Shown piece after piece: positions 24,154 through 32,538 of a DNA stretch of 32,538 bases. This stretch comes from Diploschistes diacapsis (taxonomy: Eukaryota): contig JALAIB010000102.1 in assembly GCA_023645945.1 (NCBI GenBank), forward strand, positions 1-32,538. The letters run 5' to 3'. Each line of letters starts with the position of its first letter. Position 1 is the first letter of the stretch. Made by a program: the position numbers and the translations under genes. The notes beneath the pieces are model-generated. The model made no database searches. It saw only the letters and a list, made by a program, of their open reading frames with translations, and had not been told where the DNA came from.

Positions 24154-24798
24154 TTAACTCTTCGCCGTGTTAACAACCACGTATCTCCCCCTCTTTTCCG
24201 GTGCCTGCTTAAGCAGCTCCCACCCCTGCGTGGTCCTCCCTTCTTCAGCACCCTTCTCGCCATCCTCCACATTCCCTCCTTTCCCCTTCTTCTCCCCACC
24301 AACGGCCTTCTTTCTCCTAATCCTCCTCGCAAAACCCACAACCTCCTCCTTCTCCAACTCCCCCTTCAACGTCTCAAGCGTAACCTCGCTCTCCCTCCTC
24401 CCCGCCTCCGTCTCATCCCTGACCGCCCTCAGAGGCTCGACACCCTCCGTATCCACGCTCTGCACCGCGCGCACGAACTGCAGCTGATCCTGCAGCTCCG
24501 AGATCATCTTGGCTTCCTGCTCCGGGGACGTGGGGAGAGGTAAAGCGGAAAGGCGTAGGAGGTGGTGAAGCTGTTTTTGGGTGATTTGCTCGGGCGGCGG
24601 CAAATTAGGAGGGGCTTCGTGGAGGGTTTTGAGGGACCAGGTCGGTTTTGAGAGAAGGGCGGATATTGAGGAGGGGGTGAGGGGTGAGGAAGAGAGGAGG
24701 CGGTGGTGGAGAGTGAAGGGTGTTGGGTGCCGGAAGGGAGTTTTGAGCGGCGCGGCGCGGCGGAGGAGGAGAGGGGGGTGGAGGAGGCGGGATGGCAT
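24154..24798 (-). CDS. Mitochondrial glutamyl-tRNA(Gln) amidotransferase small subunit (GatC/GatF/Gta3-like)
   Basis: ITQKQLHHLLRLSALP...QLQFVRAVQSVDTEGVEPL resembles the GatC fold, with a C-terminal GRYVVV. An Arg/Ser/Leu-rich presequence begins at MPSRLL (24798), which I prefer as the start over the upstream ORF start. Confidence 0.75.
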   Translation of the reverse strand: MPSRLLHPPLLLRRAAPLKTPFRHPTPFTLHHRLLSSSPLTPSSISALLSKPTWSLKTLHEAPPNLPPPEQITQKQLHHLLRLSALPLPTSPEQEAKMISELQDQLQFVRAVQSVDTEGVEPLRAVRDETEAGRRESEVTLETLKGELEKEEVVGFARRIRRKKAVGGEKKGKGGNVEDGEKGAEEGRTTQGWELLKQAPEKRGRYVVVNTAKS

Positions 24799-25171
24799 TG
24801 GCGAGAGAAAGAGAGAGAGAGAAGAGGTTGTATGGGCTAGATAGCTGGGAGTTGAGCTGCACTCCTGGAGAATTAGGATTGGTTTGGAAGTTGTAACGGC
24901 ATGTAGAGCGCCTCTGCAGGGCTTTACAGACGGGCAGGCTTTGGCACGGCTTGGCATCACACCTTCAACCGTTTTCTACTACCTGCCAAGGTACTTTGCA
25001 TTCTCCAAGCGAGCTATAATAGTCGTCCAGAGCATCTAATTACAATCCCACAAGAAAGTCTCTATGGCAAATAAAATCTGGCATCCCTAGCTATGCATCG
25101 ACTGGCTGTTGTGTTCTATGATTTGGTTCAAAAACACCAACTGTTCACGGTCAATTTCTTCATTTAATGCA

Positions 25172-25350
25172 ATGTCTTTGGACAAGCAAGATTTTTTTGT
25201 TCTTGTTGATGACGACTTTCAAGACTATAACGAAGAGTTCTTGTTACCGTTGCCCAAGAAGGACCTCGATACAATTTTCCTGTCTTATACTTCTTCTTCC
25301 GACATACCATTACAGCCAATCAAAACCTCAATCCTAGTACGAGACTATTT
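25172..25350 (+). pseudogene. Possible remnant N-terminus of a NACHT/ankyrin (NLR-like) gene truncated at the TE junction
   Basis: MSLDKQDFFVLVDDDFQDYNEEFLLPLPKKDLDTI resembles the recalled 'VIDxDDxxDYNxExILP' start of fungal NACHT-ankyrin proteins. The frame runs into the TE terminus. Confidence 0.3.
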
Positions 25351-26485
25351 GGCAGGTCTTATTCTGCCTACTATATATAAAAATTACATGATAAGTACCA
25401 TGATTCTTAAAATACTTTCTCAGTCAAACTAATTTATATGCAGCTATAAATATTTATGAAACTAACCCTCTCTTCAGCCATATTTGTTTATTTAACGCAT
25501 CGATTACATACTTTTTATTATTATTTTTAATCTTAACATTCTAACTTTTTTTTAAATGCGATAGAGATCTCGTTATTTACTCGCCCTACGCGCCCTGCGG
25601 CCCTCCCTGCCGCCGCCGCGATCACGTTCGATATAATCGCCGACAACGATAAGCTGAGTCTTAAAAATCTTATGCTTTACGACGCCCTTTCCGCCGCTCT
25701 AGATCGTGATGTTGCCCTCTTCTCGCCGCCCTTTAGCTCGCCTGTCCTCGCCGCTCTCGCTGAGCCTACGCGGGCCCGGACACCCTTGCCGCCGCTGTTC
25801 ATTACGGGGAAGTTTTATAGCTTCTCTGCGGACCTCCCGGCGTAAAAGGCGCGTTCTTTTAACGTCGCGGACATCCTTCGGATGATCGTGGCGGATTTTA
25901 ACGCGCTTTGGCCCTACGTGGATAACTTCTAGACGTCCAATCGGACGCCATCTTTTACGACTAAAATGCCGTGGTGGAGAAAACGCCTTTAAAGGACCGG
26001 GATACCCTTATAGACAACTTCCTACGCGTTGCGGGTGAGCTTCATAACCATCTACCATTACGAACGGACGCGGAGATGGAAGAAGAGCGGAGGGGAGCAT
26101 GATAGACGGAGGAGCGGAGGGAAGCATAATAGGCGGAGGAGCGGAGGGGAGTATAATAGGCGAAAAAGGAGCACGGCATGGGAAAGGCTATAAAAGGTTT
26201 AAGAGTACGTTTTTAAGCTGCTTTTAGAGCATTTTAAGCACCTTTTAATGCTTTAGTATCTATTTTTTATTGCGATATAATCTCGATGGCCATAATAATC
26301 TAATTTATTTGTTTTTTATTTAATTTTATATAGTTCTGCCTATTTCTGTAAGTGACATGCATTTGTATGCAAATTATATAGAGATCTAAGTACCTAACAG
26401 AACCACAGCGAACTAGGCAGAATGCATCACTAGGGCGCCACCAAATATGTTACACAATTTTACAGTAGGCAGAATAAGACAAGCC
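25351..26485. mobile_element. Non-autonomous or degenerate TIR DNA transposon (~1.1 kb), RIP-mutated
   Basis: The left end GGCAGGTCTTATTCTGCCTACT (25351..25372) is the inverse of AGTAGGCAGAATAAGACAAGCC (26464..26485), matching at 20/22. The element is AT- and TpA-rich, and a second copy starts at the identical boundary at 32234. Confidence 0.8.
26085..26165 (+). repeat. 27-bp tandem repeat, about 3 copies, inside the TE
   Basis: GAGCGGAGGGGAGCATGATAGACGGAG / GAGCGGAGGGAAGCATAATAGGCGGAG / GAGCGGAGGGGAGTATAATAGGCGAAA. The copies differ only by transitions. Confidence 0.85.
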
Positions 26486-27215
26486 GTTAAAGCTCCTATG
26501 GCATATCGGATAACCCCCTATGTAACCAAATTTTGTGCTCAGCGCTCTGACTACTTCGCTACACAATCAAACTTTGCAGAACAAATGCGTCAGTTTTCTT
26601 AGGATAGCAAAAGTTGGGTTGCATCTAAGGAACCGTAAAGAAAGTGACTTGCAACCAGAGGTACAGCTGCTACCAGCGCCTGCAGCGAGGCGAGGGTAGA
26701 GCAGGTTCTCGGTCTTGCCCTGGATCCGGGTTAACCCTTCCCAATCGGCAGCCAATTCTGGTAAAGTCGGCTTGAAATGGGGTGGTTAGGGATTTTGGGA
26801 GCAACGCGCCAATGGCACGCAATCCACATCAACGAATACTTTCATAACTGCGCCATTGAGCCTCTTACACTAGGAAATATTTAGCGCTCGCAACTTCTCC
26901 GATGCGTTGTGAGTTCTATCGCAGTTGTTAATGACGAGTCATGACCCGGGGCCATAATATTACAGGTCAGAATTTGCTCTGCTTCACCCGGATTTACCCA
27001 TGGAGATAACAAATTCCCACCAAAGTTGGGTCACGTGCTAGCCAATGGTTTTTCAAGTCTTGTGTTCTCTCTGTGTGGAAGCTTGATTGCCGTCTCTCTT
27101 TACAAAAGTATCATTCAATTGCAGCGGCAACGGTCTTCTTTCACCCTCTATAAACACTTCGATCGATTTCCGCAGCGATAGCCTTCTCTCTATACAAAAG
27201 CTTCAATCGATTTCA

Positions 27216-28546
27216 ATGGACATGGATGCCCCGATGGATCCTTTCCTGACAGCACCAGATACAAGCGTACTCTACAACCTTCTCTACGATATCCAAGCAT
27301 CTTCGGGGACGCAAGGCAGCGATGAGAAACGCCAGATTTCTTCAAATCACGATGACAATGCTACAACAGGCAGACTTATCACCCTGAAGGATGAGCCCGT
27401 GGTCTTCTGCTCTTGGGACTACCAGGACCTTCCATCTTCTAAGACCGTGGTCGGGGCATTTCTAAGAAGGTACATTTCGTGGGCTCAGACAGTCACCCGC
27501 TATCCTGGGGACGTAATCTTCCTGACACATATCCTCCTGTACTTGTTTACTTCAGTCCCTAGTGCTATTTTCCTCTATCGCCGATTCTCTTGGATACACG
27601 GAATACTTCACATGGTAATGCAGGGCTACTACTCCGGTTCTTTTACGTTGATGTTGCACAATTGCATACATCAAAACGGGCTTCTGTCACGCAAATACGC
27701 ACTTGCGGATCGGGTTTGGCCTTACGTACTCGAGCCCCTGATGGGACATACATGGGACTCATATTACTACCACCACGTGAAGCATCACCATGTTGAGTCC
27801 AACGGACCGGACGATCTCTCTTCAACCCTCCGGTATCAGCGAGATGATCTTTCCCACTTCTTGATGTACGTCGGTCGCTTCTTGTTGTTCGTCTGGCTTG
27901 AGCTTCCACTGTACTTCTTGCGCAAAAAGAAGCCAGGGCTAGCGGCCAAGACCGCACTATCGGAGTTTGCTTCATATGGCTTCATATACGCTATGGCGAG
28001 ATACAACTTCCGCCCCACGCTTTTCGCTCTCATTTTACCGTTTTGCCTGCTGCGTATGGGCTTGATGGTCGGGAACTTTGGGCAGCACGCTCTGGTAGAC
28101 GACGTTGATCCACAATCCGATTTCCGATCCAGTATCACGTTGATTGATGTACCGGTGAGCTCCCCATTCGTATCTACCAGGTCTGAAAAAAGCTCAGTGC
28201 TAATGCGAAGGCACAGAGCAATAGATTTTGCTTCAACGATGGCTGGCACACGTCTCACCACCTAAACCCACTCCGACACTGGCGCGATCACCACACGGCA
28301 TTCATGAAAGCCAAAAGGCAGTACCAAGATGGTCATGCGCTCGTGTTTCGTAATATTGACTACCTGATGATGACCTACCGATTGCTACGCAAGGACTATC
28401 TGTACCTTGCAGATTGCATGGTTCCTATCGGAGAGGATCAAATCAAGTTGACACGGGAGGAACGAGCGGAGCTACTACGTACAAAGACCCGAAGGTTCTC
28501 GGAAGCGGAAATACAAGAGAAGTTCTACGGGAAGAAAGCGGGATGA
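27216..28546 (+). CDS. Membrane fatty-acid desaturase superfamily protein; exons 27216..28154 and 28217..28546
   Basis: Histidine boxes HNCIH, HHVKHHH, QH and NDGWHTSHH, with hydrophobic TM segments. Intron 28155..28216 (GTGAGC...CTAAT...CAG) joins to ORF 28304..28546 in frame. Confidence 0.85.
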
Positions 28547-30368
28547 CAGGGTTTTGTAGCATATGAAGCACTCCTTGGGACACTGATGGAGAAGTCGAAG
28601 CGCTTCCCAAGGAAACTGGATAGGGCCTGCGCGGGGGTGCGCTTAAGTTCCTGGAGAACTGGATAAGTTCCTGCAGTAGTGCTCAAGGCTCCGTTCGGGT
28701 CTACAGTCGTGGACGGGGCAAGGGAAAGTGTCTCTTTTCCTACCATCCCCCTTCAACGTAATACGGAGCAGCGCTGTGCTTCCTAACCAGAAACGGGCCG
28801 ATTATGGCGAGTTTTTGTTTGCGCTGGCCGCGAATCTCATATCTTGCTAATGCTTAGCATTGCGTTGACTTAAATCTTCACTTTCAAGCTCTCGTCTTAA
28901 AGAAATGGAACGCTTACTTCAACCTGTTTCGGGAACTCGATTATGGCATTGCTAGAATGCTTACAGTTCTGCACATGGTAGTTAATAGAAATTGTGGAAA
29001 CGTCCTGAGGACCTTCAGGTCGCTCATGATTTACTCCCGTTTCTCACTTCAATCATGTTCCCAGTTCCTGTGCTCGGCAATCACTTTAGGGGAGAGTCAC
29101 CTCAGGTTGGCTACTCTCATTGAGAAGGCAACAACTCAGAGCAGGTCAAAAAAGGACGTTGAAAGTATGACACATACTGCATGAACCTCAAAAGTCGACG
29201 ACCTCGACAAGAACCGCATCGCCCTTGAGAAGGTTGCACAGTGGAATTACAATAAGCTCCGATGAATTTCGGTCCTTGATGCTGATTTGAGTGGATGAGG
29301 CATCTGCACGACGGACCATTAATCACATTTACCCCGTCTCCGTAAGCATTCAAGGCTGGATTTTTCCTTCCCTCCCCTTTCAATTCGTTGCTGAACTCGG
29401 GTTCCTCCGACTTCTTGAAATATTCTCACGCCTACTAAGGCGTTCATTGTTCCTCGAAATTTCGCAGAAACCCAAAATTGGGCGAGTAAGGATTGGGTCT
29501 TACAGCCTCAATCGAAACGGGTTTTCCTGTGCCTGAATTTAGAGGCACTTTTGCGGTAGGGAGACTGGTAAGCTTGCTTATCAGGCTGAAGTAAATCGCA
29601 TTCGACAAGGGTGGGCATCAAACTGACATGCACGAAATGGTGTGTGGAAGGGACCCTGAGAAGTCTATCACAACGCCTGATTTGTGCGCTTCAACATGAC
29701 TTGTTGCAGAAGAGGTGCGCCCTGGACAGTAATATTCCAAAGTGATGTGAGATGGGTGAGATGGGCAAAGTCAATGGAACGCGCATCATAGCTCGGAGGG
29801 ATTGCCTCAAAAATCATTGCTATGCTACAATCAACTTCTGGAACGCCGAATGGAAATACTATACACCAGGCACCCATCTACCAAGGTGAAAGCCTTTGGA
29901 TCTACGTGTCTTTGCCGCATCTCCAGACCTGACAGTTCCAGAACCTCCCTGTTCAATCCACGCTTGTGCTAAATCAACGTTAATGATGACGGGCGTTAGC
30001 GAATTACAGACAATGTGCTCCGAACTGCACCAAGCCTGACCGTCGGGATGGGAAATGTCAGCGTCGGAGACCAGATATCTATACCTGCACAGTCGGCTTC
30101 CGAGCGGAGGCTATGCTCTTCTTACAGGACGCCAGCCTGTCAGGACTCAATGGAACTCCCTCATCCAAGTTGCGGCGGTTGAAGCAGATGATATGGCACA
30201 GCATGAGGGGCGACGAACTATTCTATTCGTCAAAACTATTCACCCCTTGCTTATACTTGAGTGCTGATTGTGATTTCTACTTTTAATCAAGTTCCTTGCC
30301 TGGTTAGAACCTACTTTTTATGAATTCAGACTTCTTTCACTGAGCTTTCGCTCCACAATCTACCGAAC

Positions 30369-31482
30369 ATGTCCGCTGCTCTTCCGTTGAATTACTCTAT
30401 TCCTGGCCTAGTAGTTTTTGCAACGTCAGTGTTGATTCTATCCGTGTGTTCAATTGTTCTGCGATTCTGGTCGAGGCTAGTATCTCCAAGCGGATTAGGG
30501 TAATCGGTTTCTCTTATCTTATAACTGAATGTGCTGATCCAACTACAGCCTGGACGATTGGCTTGCGCTATGCGCTGTGGTAAGTCCTAAGCTGCTAGAC
30601 GGCCGGAGGGCTAAAGAGCTGAGCTCAAAACTAATGCATACATATAAAGCCGTGCACCGTCTCCCTTATCGGTATCACATTCGTCGGCGCTCAAAATGGA
30701 CTAGGACAGCACATCTTCGCCCTCAATCTGGACCAATTAATATTGCTTTTCCAAGGCAATCTTGCAATCGATATCTTGTTTAATCTAAGTATCAGTCTAT
30801 CCAAGATATCCGCCCTGGTCCTTTATGCAAAAGTCTTCGAGCTCCGATCAAACACAAACAGAGCCTGGAAATGGGCATTCTGGACCATACTCGCTCTTGC
30901 AATTGCTTGGCCATTTGGGTGGATCATATATGCACTATTGTCATGTCAACCAATCGAGAAATATTGGCTCTTCTATATTCCAGGGACATGTGCTAGACAG
31001 TTTCCTGGCACCTTTGGCAGCGCTATTTCGAGTGTTATGATCGATCTTGCAATTTTGATCATCCCACTCCCACCAATCTGGAAGCTGAATCTTAAAACGA
31101 GCCGCAAACTATCCTGTGCGGCTGTGTTCGTCTTGGGATACTCGTGAGTGCAGCTAGCGTTTAAAACCAGGGCGGTCTTGGATAAGAACACGATCTGACA
31201 AGCCTAGGGTCGTTTGCATGTCCATCGGAAGGATGGTTATAGCTGCTGAGGTTGGCGATTTCGCCGATTTGACTTGTACACGTCCACCAGCTCCTTGTGA
31301 GTTGACAGTCCTAACCACACATAGATGTCTACGTTCAGGTTCTATACTGGCTGATTGCTGAATGCGGACTTTCAACCTTGGTCATCTGCTTGCCAGCCAT
31401 GTATTATCTCTACAGACGATTTCATAGATTCGGACTGGAAGCCCTATTCACGCGCAAAGAATACACACAGAATAGAGGTTAA
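30369..31482 (+). CDS. PTH11-like integral membrane protein (fungal rhodopsin domain, no CFEM); exons 30369..30499, 30549..30579, 30650..31143, 31208..31275, 31325..31482
   Basis: Motifs LRFWSR, GLDDWL, GLGQH, SKISALVLY, CQPIEKYW...C, DLAILIIPLPPIWKL and WLIAECGLSTLVICLP. Four GT..AG introns keep the frame. Confidence 0.85.
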
Positions 31483-32233
31483 CGCGCTAGAGATTCGGCT
31501 AACAGTAATCGCTATCGGTGGATTACAAAAGGCGGAAGATCTGCTGGACGTTCAAGTTATCCTACCGAAGCACCACAGGCATACCACGTGACGGTCGATG
31601 CTGAGGCAGGGCAAGGGCACATGATTGAAACAGGTTCAACGAAGGAGTGTCTGTAAGGAGCTCGTCTCAAGATGATGCGAACGCAGCTTAGCGGGAAGCA
31701 TCTAGCAATCAAACGTTCCTTCCTTGCTCCGTTTCTTTTTCGATCCATTATACCCTTCCTTGTATCCATTCACAGGAGCTTTTTCGGCAGCATCGAAGTT
31801 CGTAAGACCTCCGAACTTTCGAGACAGAAAAAGGGGGAAAACAAGCTAGCGCGGTGAATCAGCGTCTTGCTTATCGTACGTTTAAGTCTACGCGTCCATC
31901 GATAAGCAAGCCGTCGTCGTCGTACGCCTGAGTGATCGGGGCCAATCGGACTCTAATCGAGCGCTGCTCTGCTCGCTCTACCCCAACGAATGAAGTCCTT
32001 CTCTCGTTCAACCATTCCGGCCGCAACCGAGACCCAGGTGAGCTGGACAAGGGCCAATAGAGTTTCTTCCAGGCAAAAGCTGATGGAGCTCCCCCGTACC
32101 TCTACAAAAATCAAATTAATATGTTTTGGGATTCCGACAACCCACTCAGTTATCGCAATCCCTGCTCGCTTCGTTCCACGACGGTTTTTAAAAACTTTGA
32201 AAACGCATATGGCCGCTCCCCCCGCCTCCTCCC

Positions 32234-32538
32234 GGCAGGTCTTATTCTGCCTGTTATACACAAAAATTACATGATAAGTATCATGGGTTCTCAAGATACT
32301 TTCTCGGTCATATTAGTTTGTATGCAGCCACAAGTATCTATGGAATTGGCCCTCTCTCCAGCCATATTTGTTTATTTTTTATTGTTTTTGATCTTAACAT
32401 TCTAATTTCTTTTTAGATGCGATGGAGGCCTCGTTGTCTGCTCGCCCTGCGCGCCCTGCGGTCTTTCCTGCCGCCGCCGCGACAACGATGAGCTGGGTCT
32501 TGAAGACCTCATGCTTTACGACGCCCTCTCCGCCGCTC
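32234..32538. mobile_element. Second, less mutated copy of the TIR element (left end; runs off the window)
   Basis: Starts GGCAGGTCTTATTCTGCC and aligns by eye with 25351..~25699, differing mostly by C/T and G/A transitions plus two short indels. Confidence 0.85.

Noticed and set aside
23562..24341. 259-aa antisense ORF and other shadow ORFs over HMGCL, GYP5, PRS, hppD and MMS22
   Set aside because: These are antisense or alternate-frame by-products of real genes and of the skewed composition.
26085..26165. CRISPR-like array
   Set aside because: These are contiguous tandem units without spacers, in a eukaryotic transposon remnant.
27087..27215. TTG-initiated N-terminal extension of the desaturase
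   Set aside because: The first ATG is at 27216, and the upstream part includes a TATAAA-like and pyrimidine-rich promoter/UTR sequence.
28600..30300. Short ORFs between the desaturase and the PTH11-like gene
   Set aside because: No motifs or consistent splice structure were found, so the region is treated as intergenic.

Overview
Gene-dense genomic DNA from a filamentous ascomycete (Pezizomycotina-type spliceosomal introns: GTRAGT donors, CTRAC branch points, YAG or AAG acceptors). In order, it carries: a conserved hypothetical gene with a PAM2-like motif and an intron-rich 5' leader; a TTC36/HmgX-like TPR protein head-to-head with 4-hydroxyphenylpyruvate dioxygenase (hppD); a Gyp5-like Rab-GAP; PRPP synthetase; Mus7/MMS22; a spliced 59-aa PIGBOS1-like microprotein missing from the ORF track; DPH1; HMG-CoA lyase; a mitochondrial GatC/GatF-like subunit; a ~1.1 kb RIP-degraded TIR element, with a second less-mutated copy at the window end; a membrane desaturase-family protein; and a PTH11-like rhodopsin-domain protein. 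The most notable observations are (1) the hppD partner gene resembles mammalian TTC36, a known HPD-stabilising chaperone, which suggests fungal HmgX is TTC36; (2) the PIGBOS1-like microprotein; and (3) three local C-rich to G-rich strand-skew switch islands that override codon usage. Exon boundaries were read by hand and family assignments are from recalled motifs, not database searches.
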